From positions 1-19,979 of the forward strand of contig CAYQPU010000032.1 of NCBI GenBank assembly GCA_964419615.1: DNA of 19,979 nucleotides, written 5' to 3'. The notes below the pieces were generated by a model, which saw only the letters and a list, made by a program, of their open reading frames with translations, ran no database searches and was not told the origin of the DNA. This document shows, one piece after another, positions 7,803-16,976 of the stretch. The stretch is from an uncultured Methanosarcinales archaeon (lineage in GTDB: Archaea > Nanobdellota > Nanobdellia > Woesearchaeales > JAGVZT01). The position numbers and the translations under genes are program-made. How positions within the stretch are numbered: position 1 is the first letter of the stretch; each line of letters begins with the position of its first letter.

Positions 7803-8333
7803 ATGAATAGATCTTTTATTAGTCCAGGAATTACAACAGCCGCAAAATACCTGGCATTAGGTGTAACTTCTTTAGCAGTGTTAGGAATTATAAAAGATGA
7901 CTTTAGGTTAGTGAGTGCAGCTTTAACACCAAATGCAACATATCATGCTGAGAACGATGCAACATCTGATCTAACTTTTTATTCAGAAGAGGCAAAAAAC
8001 GAATTCTGTTCAGTTGAAAGCGTAGAACTTCAAACTTGGAGATTCTTGCCAGCTTCTAAACTTACTCTCACTTTAGATAATAGGTTAAGGGGCTGCACAG
8101 AGAATCCAGATCCTGAATGGATTTTTTTTGCCAAACGTTCTATAGGTAGACCATATTATTTAACAGACTTGTTGTTTGAACCAAGAAATACAGCTTTACA
8201 TTACAGGGGAGAACCTGGTTACTTAAATCATTTTGGTGAATCTGCTTTTGATGAAGGTGAAATGATAATGTTTTTTTCTCAACAAACAGATCCGAACACA
8301 GCATATGGTGTTCCAGCTTCTGAAATTAATTAA
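7803..8333 (+). CDS. Hypothetical protein with N-terminal hydrophobic segment (secreted or membrane-anchored)
   Basis: 176-aa ORF; KYLALGVTSLAVLGII; TTTAAATA ~23 nt upstream. Confidence 0.55.
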   Translation: MNRSFISPGITTAAKYLALGVTSLAVLGIIKDDFRLVSAALTPNATYHAENDATSDLTFYSEEAKNEFCSVESVELQTWRFLPASKLTLTLDNRLRGCTENPDPEWIFFAKRSIGRPYYLTDLLFEPRNTALHYRGEPGYLNHFGESAFDEGEMIMFFSQQTDPNTAYGVPASEIN

Positions 8334-8432
8334 TTTTTTTGTTTAATTATCTTTTATATTACCTGTATCCCAATATAGAACATTACCATATAAGCTATGT
8401 TAGAATTGGTATTAAGTTCCAGACAGAGGCAT

Positions 8433-9008
8433 TCATTCTCCAGAGTCAATCTTTTTCTTAATCTCTTCTTGGAGAGTTTCCCTAAATTCAAATAGAACCT
8501 TATTAAACTCAACCTCTTTATATGAACATTCTAGATTAAATGAAAATTCTTTCTCATCCCAGGTTTTAAGTTCTGCTTCATTGTGCTGAATAAGAACTTC
8601 CAGTTTGTCCATAGCTCTTGCAAACTTTGCTTCATCTGTTTTAAGATCTTCAAACTCTAACCATAAATCTTTGATCTCTTCTCTTGTCTCTGCGGGTAAG
8701 TTTTTTAGTATTTTCTCTAAAGCATTCTTCTCATTTTCAAATTTATTTTTGAGCTCACCTTTGAATGCATGGTGATCTCCTGCACGTATTTCAGCTAAAT
8801 CATGAATAATAATCATCTTCAAAACTTTTAACATGTCAACCTTCATACTAATCTCTTTTTCGAAAACAATAGCCATTAATGCCATTCTCCATGAATGCTC
8901 TGCAACACTCTCCTGCCTATTGTTAGAAAGCCAGCTATGCCTTAGTAATGTTTTTAATCCCTCTGATTCATGGAAAAAATCCAATAAAGCTCTATTTTTA
9001 TTGTCCAT
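8433..9008 (-). CDS. HD-domain phosphohydrolase, YfbR/HDDC2-like (5'-deoxynucleotidase family)
   Basis: LK.LLRHSW, ESVAEHSWRMA, IIHDLAE..AGD and EAKFARAMDKLE motifs. Confidence 0.88.
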   Translation of the reverse strand: MDNKNRALLDFFHESEGLKTLLRHSWLSNNRQESVAEHSWRMALMAIVFEKEISMKVDMLKVLKMIIIHDLAEIRAGDHHAFKGELKNKFENEKNALEKILKNLPAETREEIKDLWLEFEDLKTDEAKFARAMDKLEVLIQHNEAELKTWDEKEFSFNLECSYKEVEFNKVLFEFRETLQEEIKKKIDSGE

Positions 9009-9104
9009 GATAATAAAAAATATTAAGTTTGTTATAAATCTTATCCTCTGCTCAATTTCTTTTGAGATAACGATTTATATACATCTTATCCTTTTCTATA
9101 AAAA

Positions 9105-9806
9105 ATGAACAAAATAAGATCACAAATCCTAAGAAAACTTATACACAAACCAGGATTATCATTTAACAAGATATGGGAAAAAGAAATTCCTTCTAACCAG
9201 TTAGCATATCATCTCAAAGTTCTTCAAGAGGACAATTATGTGGAAAACAAAGATGGGAACTACTATTTAACACATCAGGGGAAGAAGTTTTCAGCTTATA
9301 TTGATGGTATTTCAGGAAAAGAATCCAAAAAACCACTTATATGTGTTGTTGTTGTTCTTGTTGACCAAAACAAAGTCCTAATGCAGCAGAGAAAAAAAGA
9401 GCCATTCTATAATTACTGGGGTTTTGCAGGAGGAAAAATTGAATTTGATCAGTATATCTTGGAAACTGCAAAACAGGAATTAGAAGAAGAAGCAGGGTTA
9501 AAGGCAGATCTTTCTTTGAAAGGAATTCTCTGCATGAAAACCTATAACAATGGCCAGCAGTCATACAACCATCATATATTTATTGTAAGAGGAGACAATC
9601 CAAGAGGAAAACTTATAATAAAAAATAGAGAAGGAATAAACAAATGGATTGAGATAGACAAAATAAAAAGCTTACAAATATTTCCTGATGTTCAAAGAGA
9701 TGTTGAAATTGCTCATGGTGAAGGTTTCACCTTGTTTGAAATGGATAAGTTTATGAAGGATGATAAATTTATAAAATCAGAAATAATCAGAGATGAACAA
9801 ATTTGA
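9105..9806 (+). CDS. N-terminal winged-HTH fused to a Nudix hydrolase
   Basis: SNQLAYHLKVL...YYLT wHTH; Nudix box GGKIEFDQYILETAKQELEEEAGL (Q in place of the usual R). Confidence 0.85.
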   Translation: MNKIRSQILRKLIHKPGLSFNKIWEKEIPSNQLAYHLKVLQEDNYVENKDGNYYLTHQGKKFSAYIDGISGKESKKPLICVVVVLVDQNKVLMQQRKKEPFYNYWGFAGGKIEFDQYILETAKQELEEEAGLKADLSLKGILCMKTYNNGQQSYNHHIFIVRGDNPRGKLIIKNREGINKWIEIDKIKSLQIFPDVQRDVEIAHGEGFTLFEMDKFMKDDKFIKSEIIRDEQI

Positions 9807-9808
9807 TG

Positions 9809-10588
9809 CTATTTCCAGCCTCTTGTATACTCCATCTTATGTTTTATTGAAGGATCAATAACAACCCTAAATCCTAAACTTGGACATGCACCATCAGAAC
9901 CAGTTATTCCATCAACACAATATGAAAAAGCAGACTCAGTATCATACCTGTTTCTCCATTGGGATTTATTAATTAAATATAATTTGTGTGGATGTCTTGT
10001 TTGTATCATTGTTGAAGTCCATTCACTAATATCAGTTTTTTTTAAAAAGGGAAAATAAAATTCTTGACAAAGAATATATTCTGCAGCAGTTGGTAGTCTC
10101 ACCATATCTTCATTCAAATCCAGTCCTTTCGCAATGCTTGGTAAGATTCTCCCTACAATCTTTTGAATCTCAAACCCATTTCTACAATAGTCAACACACT
10201 TGTTTCTGTGATACTTGTAATTAAAAACTCTATGTTCTTGATTTTGAAAAATCTCAATAAATGGATCATTCTCATATTCTTTAATCTTACCTGTCCTACC
10301 TCTCAACTGAGGTGGAACAGAGTTTTCAAACAATATCCAATTTCCATCTAATGTATTGATGCTACTGCTTACATGTGCATACTCTTCATACAATCTGGTC
10401 CTAACCTCTAAACCAAACAAATCAATAGTTTTTTCTCTTCGTTTCTCAGGATCCTCAAACAACACTCTCTTAGGCAAATAAACTAAATCAAAATTAAACT
10501 GCTCTAATCTCTCATGTAATTCAAGCATCTGTTCAGGAATGTCAGCAACTTCAATTTCCAAGTTTTTCGGAGGATGCAAAATAGCCAT
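9809..10588 (-). CDS. Hypothetical protein with C-terminal FGE-sulfatase/C-type-lectin (CLec)-like motifs
   Basis: RLPTAAEY, SEWT and LGFRVV occur in the order typical of the FGE/CLec fold (RLPTEAEW..WEW..GFR); TTTATATA ~24 nt upstream. Confidence 0.55.
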   Translation of the reverse strand: MAILHPPKNLEIEVADIPEQMLELHERLEQFNFDLVYLPKRVLFEDPEKRREKTIDLFGLEVRTRLYEEYAHVSSSINTLDGNWILFENSVPPQLRGRTGKIKEYENDPFIEIFQNQEHRVFNYKYHRNKCVDYCRNGFEIQKIVGRILPSIAKGLDLNEDMVRLPTAAEYILCQEFYFPFLKKTDISEWTSTMIQTRHPHKLYLINKSQWRNRYDTESAFSYCVDGITGSDGACPSLGFRVVIDPSIKHKMEYTRGWK

Positions 10589-10681
10589 ATCAAGATGAGA
10601 TTGATATTATTATATAAACTTAACGCAGTTTACCCCTTTAAAGTACTCTAAACAATAATATTTATATATCAAGCACTCTTT

Positions 10682-11209
10682 TTGAAAAACACAATGATAA
10701 ATCAACTACTTGAAAAAGAACCTTGGGATCACCTTATTAGAAATAATGTTGAAAATTGGCTTCCGTACCAGATTGTTGGCAAACAAATTAGAGCTGCAGC
10801 AGAAGTTGTACTTGAACCTCATAGTGGTGTCAGAGGAGACTACCACATACTAGGTAGAGTCCCTATTGATATTGAATTGGAAGCAACAAAAGAGAATATT
10901 AGAAAATTGGCTAAAGTTTTGTATATTGATAATTCTGAAAGACAAATGAGCAACTTGGGTGGGCATGTATTACTGTTTAATGAAGGTCGTGTTAAAAGAT
11001 ATGGTGCGCATGAGGTCTTTGAACAAGATCTTGAAGGTTCAACTATCTTTGAAATCCAACCCAATATATTTGGCTTAGGAGACGGGGATCATGATATTAC
11101 ATTTGCTATGGCATATGGTGCAGGGAAGTGGGGTGGTGTTTATATTCATAATGAATATGCTGTCTCTCCCAAACATAGAAGAATACACAAATTAGATGGT
11201 AAAATCTGA
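10682..11209 (+). CDS. Hypothetical protein (TTG start; ATG at 10694 is an alternative)
   Basis: 175-aa ORF with normal composition; no motif recognised. Confidence 0.6.
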   Translation: MKNTMINQLLEKEPWDHLIRNNVENWLPYQIVGKQIRAAAEVVLEPHSGVRGDYHILGRVPIDIELEATKENIRKLAKVLYIDNSERQMSNLGGHVLLFNEGRVKRYGAHEVFEQDLEGSTIFEIQPNIFGLGDGDHDITFAMAYGAGKWGGVYIHNEYAVSPKHRRIHKLDGKI

Positions 11210-11263
11210 TTTGACCAGTGAACAGCAACAATCTTATTTATCTATCTTTAATCTTCCATTAAC

Positions 11264-11827
11264 ATGGTTATAGATCCAAAGCAACAAGTGAAAAATTACG
11301 TAGAATCAGTCCACTTAGCATGGTCTTGTGAACATTTTAGTCTACAGCAACCTGGAAATGGTATGTTTACTCATCTTGACATTAAGCCAGATCTGATTCC
11401 AGATCCTTATGAACATGAAATTCTAATTGAAATGAAATCAAGAAGCAAACCTCCTCAAAGAAAAGATAATAGAAACCACTGGTTTGCACTAATGACTAGT
11501 CAAATAAGGGGATACATTGCAGCCACATCTATGGGATACAAACACGCATGGGAATTTGTTCATGGTAAGGTCACAGACTTTCCAAAAAAAATTCATGAAG
11601 AAAATTTTCCATTCAGAGAAAAACATTTAATATCAAGACAAGTATTTATTGTTCCTTCTGATGTCTGGCAAATAGCAAACAATCCAAACCTAGAGACTAG
11701 ACCATACTTGAATGTTTCAGTACCTGGCCTACTTGAAACATATGAATTTGAAACAAGAGAAGTTGATAATGCAGTTGTTTATGTTGCAAAAGATTTAGAT
11801 GATGTAATTAAGAGTTGTTTTCTTTAA
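11264..11827 (+). CDS. Putative PD-(D/E)xK superfamily nuclease
   Basis: KPDL...ILIEMK followed by QIRGY (QxxxY, RecB/Cas4/Mrr-like motif). Confidence 0.5.
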   Translation: MVIDPKQQVKNYVESVHLAWSCEHFSLQQPGNGMFTHLDIKPDLIPDPYEHEILIEMKSRSKPPQRKDNRNHWFALMTSQIRGYIAATSMGYKHAWEFVHGKVTDFPKKIHEENFPFREKHLISRQVFIVPSDVWQIANNPNLETRPYLNVSVPGLLETYEFETREVDNAVVYVAKDLDDVIKSCFL

Positions 11828-11867
11828 ATTAAAAACATTTTTATCTAATAAACAAATCTAAGGAAAT

Positions 11868-12722
11868 ATGACAATAAAAGCAATCATCATTGATGTTGAC
11901 GGAGTAATAATTGGAGAAAAGATAGGGTTTAATTCTCCTTATCCAAATGAGAAGGTAATACAAGCTCTAAAAACAATTAGATCAAAAGGAATACCAATAA
12001 TCCTCTGCACTGCAAAACCTCATTTTTCAATAGCTAAAGTGTTCCAAGATGCAAATCTATCCAATTATCACATCACAGATGGAGGAGGTGTGATAATTGA
12101 TCCAGTAGAAAATAAAATCCTCAAGAAATACACACTTGATTCAAAATGTGCAGCCAAGGTAATTCAAACAATGATTGATAATAATGTGTACACAGAGTTC
12201 TACACCCCTGATAGTTATTTTGTTCAAAATTCTCAAGAAAGTAAAATCACAAAAGATCATAATTTAGTACTCCAAACAAAACCAGTTATGGTAGACTCTT
12301 TAGCAGAAGAATCAAAAAAACAAGAAATAACAAAAATAATGCCAATAGCATTAAACCCAGAAGATAAGCCAAGAGTAAATAAAGTATTTGAGCCATTTAA
12401 AGATGAATTAATAATGAACTGGGGAGTACATCCAGTCATTCTCCCATTACAGTTTGGTATAATAACTGCAAAAGGTATATCTAAAAAAACCTCAGCACAA
12501 GAAATAATCTCAAAATATAATCTTTCATTTAACAATGTGCTTGGAGTAGGTGATAGTACAAGCGACTGGCAATTTATCCAGCTATGTAAATACAAAGCAG
12601 CAATGGGAAATGCATCAGCAGAACTAAAAGATTTAGTATCCAAAGAAGAAAATTCATTTGTTGGAAAATCAGTCGATGAAAATGGTATCATTAATATATT
12701 TGAACATTACAAATTAATTTAA
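11868..12722 (+). CDS. Cof-type HAD-superfamily (IIB) phosphatase
   Basis: IIDVDGVI (motif I), LCTAK (II), GISK (III), GVGDSTSD and AMGNA (IV). Confidence 0.88.
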   Translation: MTIKAIIIDVDGVIIGEKIGFNSPYPNEKVIQALKTIRSKGIPIILCTAKPHFSIAKVFQDANLSNYHITDGGGVIIDPVENKILKKYTLDSKCAAKVIQTMIDNNVYTEFYTPDSYFVQNSQESKITKDHNLVLQTKPVMVDSLAEESKKQEITKIMPIALNPEDKPRVNKVFEPFKDELIMNWGVHPVILPLQFGIITAKGISKKTSAQEIISKYNLSFNNVLGVGDSTSDWQFIQLCKYKAAMGNASAELKDLVSKEENSFVGKSVDENGIINIFEHYKLI

Positions 12723-12732
12723 GGGTATAATT

Positions 12733-13533
12733 ATGGAAGATACAATTAAGCAATCACTCAAAGTTGCAGGCAAAACTCTATTAGATTATTTTGGCAAAAT
12801 CAATAAGATAGGTATAAAAGAAAACCAAAGTAATATTGTAACAAAAGCAGATATTGAATCAGAAAAAGCAATTGTAAAGATTATTCAATCAAAGTTTCCT
12901 GACCACAACATAATAGCAGAAGAAACAGGTTTTTTAGACAAAGGTTCTGAATACACATGGGTGGTGGATCCATTAGATGGGACATCAAACTTTGCTGCAG
13001 GTATCCCTTGGTTTGGAGTGTTAATTGCTGTTTTGAAAAACTCAAAACCAATTATGGCAGGAATATTCTTACCTTTATACAAAGATCTTTATTTTGCAAA
13101 AAAAGGTAAAGGCGCATACAAAAACAATAATAAAATTAAAGTTTCAGATGAAAAAAATCTAAAGAATGTTTTATTTGCATATTCCCTTGATTATTCAGAA
13201 GACTTATCCAAGACAGAGAAAGAATCTCAAATAATCAAGTTACTAGTTAATCAAGTTAGAAACCTAAGATCAACAAATGCAGTTGTTGAGTGGGCTTATA
13301 CAGCTGATGGAAGATTGGGAGGCAGTATCAATCAGACAACAAAAATATGGGATGTTGCTGCAACCTCTTTAATAATAAAGGAAGCAGGAGGAATTGTCAC
13401 TGACTTCAATGGAGAAGAATTAAATTTTAAAGTTGGCAAAGAAGATTACAAGAAAAGCTTCTCTTTTTTAGCATCAAACAAGCATTTGCATCCAAAATTA
13501 ATGAAGATCATCAGTAAGGTTTTTAATGAATAG
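12733..13533 (+). CDS. Inositol monophosphatase family protein (SuhB/IMPase-FBPase-like), copy 1
   Basis: VTKADIESE, IAEETG, WVVDPLDGTSNF and WDVAA...EAGG motifs. Confidence 0.92.
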   Translation: MEDTIKQSLKVAGKTLLDYFGKINKIGIKENQSNIVTKADIESEKAIVKIIQSKFPDHNIIAEETGFLDKGSEYTWVVDPLDGTSNFAAGIPWFGVLIAVLKNSKPIMAGIFLPLYKDLYFAKKGKGAYKNNNKIKVSDEKNLKNVLFAYSLDYSEDLSKTEKESQIIKLLVNQVRNLRSTNAVVEWAYTADGRLGGSINQTTKIWDVAATSLIIKEAGGIVTDFNGEELNFKVGKEDYKKSFSFLASNKHLHPKLMKIISKVFNE

Positions 13534-13538
13534 GCAAA

Positions 13539-14909
13539 TTAAGAATCCTTTTTCTTATTTCTAAAAGTAGTTATTGTATGCACTAAACCTTCAGTTGGTA
13601 TTGTGGTAACTATATTAAACAATAGCTTATGATAGGGAATATGTTCCACCTCTCTTACTTCTTTTAACTTTGGGAGAAAAGTAAATGATGCTATGTACCT
13701 TAAAAGTCCACTCAACAAAAAGACAAGTAAATACTTTGACCAAAATATATTATTATGATTAACAATGAATGTTCCGATCAGAGATCCTGAAATTATGGCA
13801 ATACCATTAAGTACATTGTAATATGCAACGCAGGTAGCTCGTTTTTTGGGTTTCGTTGTATCAAAAATAAAGTTAAATGATGATAATTCAAAACCTCCCC
13901 AAGCAAATCCAGCAAACATCTGCACAAATACCAGATAGATTGGAGAATGAGAAACAAGCCAGAGCATAGGACATATTGGCATAAGAAAACCAGCAAGTGT
14001 AAGAATCTTTTTTGTGCCATAATTGTCAATAACTTTACCCCAAATAGGTAAAGATATGAACTTTGTTAGAAGGAATGCACCATTTAGTATAGTGAACTGT
14101 AAATAACTAAACTTTAGATCATATAGCATATAAGCTGAAAAAAAGGGTGCAGATAAAAACGCGGATAAATTAATAAAGCACAAGTAAAAAACAAATAATC
14201 CATAGTTTCTAAACCTAGCATGTTTAATAAACTGGAAAAAAGTAAAATGCTCCTTTTTTGTTGGTTTCCTGTATTTTGGATCATATTTTTTAGTTAAGTA
14301 AATAAGAGAAATAATTCTTGAGATAAGCGCAACTGCAAAAATGATAACAAAACCAATATACTGATTTTTTACAGTGCCGGAAAATGCTTGAAGAATATTC
14401 CCTGCAATAATATAAGAAACAAAAGATGTCATCCCTGTTACTCTACTTCTTTTTCCAAAATATGTTCCTCTTTCTTTTGGATTGACCAGATCTCCCATCC
14501 AGCTGTTCCAAGCTGGACTGACAACCATACCAAAGATTTTGTATAACGACACAAACAAAATAAAATACCATAATCTAAATTCACCTAAGAAAAACACCAA
14601 TGCAATAGCAATATACATAAGACCTTCAAACGAAGCACTAATCAGTATTAAGCGCTTTCGTGAGTTAATAAAAGCAATTAACTTATCTGAAAAAAGTTGT
14701 AGTAATGAACCAAGTGCAAGAGGAAGACTTCCCAACAGTCCTAAATGAATTGTAGCAGCATTTAAAAACACAGCAAATGCAGAAAAAAAAGACTCTCCAA
14801 AGCTAACCATAGCAGAGTAAAAAGCTCCATCTATTACAGAGTACTTAAGGCTGTTCCTAACCTTTTCCTCTATCTTGGTTTTGTTATCTGGCTTCTTTTT
14901 CAATTGCAT
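13539..14909 (-). CDS. MFS transporter (~12 TM)
   Basis: 456 aa, repeated hydrophobic helices, MFS signature-like GKVIDNYGTKK and WMGDLV..KERG.YFG. Confidence 0.85.
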   Translation of the reverse strand: MQLKKKPDNKTKIEEKVRNSLKYSVIDGAFYSAMVSFGESFFSAFAVFLNAATIHLGLLGSLPLALGSLLQLFSDKLIAFINSRKRLILISASFEGLMYIAIALVFFLGEFRLWYFILFVSLYKIFGMVVSPAWNSWMGDLVNPKERGTYFGKRSRVTGMTSFVSYIIAGNILQAFSGTVKNQYIGFVIIFAVALISRIISLIYLTKKYDPKYRKPTKKEHFTFFQFIKHARFRNYGLFVFYLCFINLSAFLSAPFFSAYMLYDLKFSYLQFTILNGAFLLTKFISLPIWGKVIDNYGTKKILTLAGFLMPICPMLWLVSHSPIYLVFVQMFAGFAWGGFELSSFNFIFDTTKPKKRATCVAYYNVLNGIAIISGSLIGTFIVNHNNIFWSKYLLVFLLSGLLRYIASFTFLPKLKEVREVEHIPYHKLLFNIVTTIPTEGLVHTITTFRNKKKDS

Positions 14910-14970
14910 CTTCTCTCATCTAATGAATATACAATTGCTCTGTGTTCTGGAAAATTATATAAAGCTTTCT

Positions 14971-15744
14971 TTAAGTAGAACCAATTAACTTTAGAATCTT
15001 ATCATGACATTTTCCATTAGAAGCAACCACATCATTTGAATTTATGGTAAAAGGATTTCCTTTCATATCAGTCACTTTTCCACCAGCTTCTTGTACCAAT
15101 AAAATTCCTGCAGCATAATCCCAATAGTGTACACCTTTTCTAAAATGAAAATCGGCAATTCCATCTGCAACATGTAACATTAACCTTCCGCAACAAGATG
15201 TAGCTGAGTTAATATTTCTCATCTTAAAAATAAGTTTTTCATATATCTTGAAATTATTTTTTCTATTATCTAAATTCGAACTCATTTGTGTATTTACATA
15301 CATATCTGAAATCTTTGATACATCTGATACATCAATGTCTTTCCCATTATATGTGGTTCCTTTACCTTTTTGTGCAATAAGCAATTCCTTTGTAACTGGA
15401 AACCAAATAACTCCTAATTGCACTACTTCTTTCTTAACAAAAGCAATCATCACACAAAAATCAGGATTACCTTTATAAAAATGGGAAGTACCATCCAAAG
15501 GATCAATAACCCACAAATGCTCTGAATCCATCTGATGGTGTCCAGACTCTTCTGCTAAGATATCATGATCAGGATACTTCTTTTTAATAATAGATATAAT
15601 TCTTTCCTCAGCCTCTAAATCAGCTTTTGTTAAAACATCTCTTGGATTCTTTGCCTTATGAAAAACATCAACCTTTCTAAAATACTTTAATTGAATCTTA
15701 CCTGCTTCTCTGCATGCTTTGATTGCTGTTTTTAATTCTGTCAT
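14971..15744 (-). CDS. Inositol monophosphatase family protein, copy 2
   Basis: LTKADLEAE, LAEESG, WVIDPLDGTSHF and WDYAAG.LLVQEAGG motifs. Confidence 0.92.
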   Translation of the reverse strand: MTELKTAIKACREAGKIQLKYFRKVDVFHKAKNPRDVLTKADLEAEERIISIIKKKYPDHDILAEESGHHQMDSEHLWVIDPLDGTSHFYKGNPDFCVMIAFVKKEVVQLGVIWFPVTKELLIAQKGKGTTYNGKDIDVSDVSKISDMYVNTQMSSNLDNRKNNFKIYEKLIFKMRNINSATSCCGRLMLHVADGIADFHFRKGVHYWDYAAGILLVQEAGGKVTDMKGNPFTINSNDVVASNGKCHDKILKLIGST

Positions 15745-15866
15745 ATAAAAGATTATGTTTTGCTTATTTATTAAATTATCTTTTTATTAGGATTTATGAA
15801 ACATTTAAACTTTACTCCTGAATACATAGAGAAAAATATTAATACTATCTTCTAAGATTTGCTTAT

Positions 15867-16079
15867 ATGTTTAGAAATACCAAACCGAAAAAAGATAAAA
15901 AAATACTGATAGCAGAGAAGAAAAAGAAAAGAGTTGAGAAAAGACAATTAAAATCCGAAAAAAGAATAAAAGCAAGAAGAAATCGAATTGAAAGGATAAT
16001 TAGAAGGCTTTCTAGAAATCCAAAAAAGAATGCTAAGAAAATAAAGCAATGGACAACAAGATTTGGCAAAATAAAATAG
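15867..16079 (+). CDS. Small highly basic (K/R-rich) hypothetical protein
   Basis: 70-aa ORF filling the gap upstream of the EamA gene; TATA-like AT tract ~25 nt upstream; no family recognised. Confidence 0.45.
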   Translation: MFRNTKPKKDKKILIAEKKKKRVEKRQLKSEKRIKARRNRIERIIRRLSRNPKKNAKKIKQWTTRFGKIK

Positions 16080-16094
16080 AATATAAAAATAAGA

Positions 16095-16976
16095 ATGAAA
16101 AAAGAACACTGGTACATAATAATTGCAGCAATCCTTTACGGTACAATAGTTGCAGGTGGACAGTTCTTTAAAGATCTTGGAATGAGTGTCTATGAATTAT
16201 CAATAATTAGACCTGTAATTGTGGTTTTACTTATTCTTCCATTCATTATATTCAATAAAAAACTCAGATTAAAAAAACAAATGATTCCATTTTTCACACT
16301 TTATGGTCTAATTGGAAGCTTTGGAATTTTATTTCAGTATGCAGGTTTAGCATATGGTGTTCCTGTGGCAGTAATAATCTTTTTGTATTACACTCAACCA
16401 ATTTGGACTTTGTTTTTAGGTAAATTATTCTTAAAAGAAAGTATAACAAAAATAAAAATTATTAGCACAATAGTCGCACTCTTGGGTGTGTTGGTTTTAG
16501 TCAAACCATGGGACATAACTTCAGTTGGAAAACCAATTGGATTGATATTTGCCTTACTTGGGGCCATAACTGGTTCATTATGGATAATTATGGCTAGAAA
16601 ATCTGGTAAACAAAAACAACACTATGTAACTGCAACATTTAGTTATTTTCTTCCATTAATTGTTTTTATATTTCTTTTTCAACCAATCTCAAGACTGCTT
16701 TTCCAAGATCCATCAATAACAAGAATCTCATTTAATTTCCAACCAATCTTTTGGATCTATGCATTAATCTGGTCAATTATTGGAGGAATAATCCCCTACT
16801 TCTTATACTACAAAAGCACAGAAAAAATTGAAGCAGGTATAGCTCAAATAATCCTTTTAATAGAAGCAATAAGTGCAACACTCTTAGCATTCATATTCTT
16901 TAATCAACCAATAGGAATAAACATTCTAGTTGGCGGTGGGTTGATACTGGTTGCTAATTACCTTGTAGTAAGGTAA
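16095..16976 (+). CDS. EamA/DMT family transporter (10 TM)
   Basis: Two 5-TM repeats; YTQPIW..FLG.LFLKE.IT, ALLGV.VL and ILLIE...A.LLAFIFFNQ motifs. Confidence 0.9.
   Translation: MKKEHWYIIIAAILYGTIVAGGQFFKDLGMSVYELSIIRPVIVVLLILPFIIFNKKLRLKKQMIPFFTLYGLIGSFGILFQYAGLAYGVPVAVIIFLYYTQPIWTLFLGKLFLKESITKIKIISTIVALLGVLVLVKPWDITSVGKPIGLIFALLGAITGSLWIIMARKSGKQKQHYVTATFSYFLPLIVFIFLFQPISRLLFQDPSITRISFNFQPIFWIYALIWSIIGGIIPYFLYYKSTEKIEAGIAQIILLIEAISATLLAFIFFNQPIGINILVGGGLILVANYLVVR

Noticed and set aside
8433-9008. HD protein as the c-di-GMP phosphodiesterase partner of the GGDEF protein
   Set aside because: It has no HD-GYP motif; the sequence matches the YfbR/HDDC2 type.
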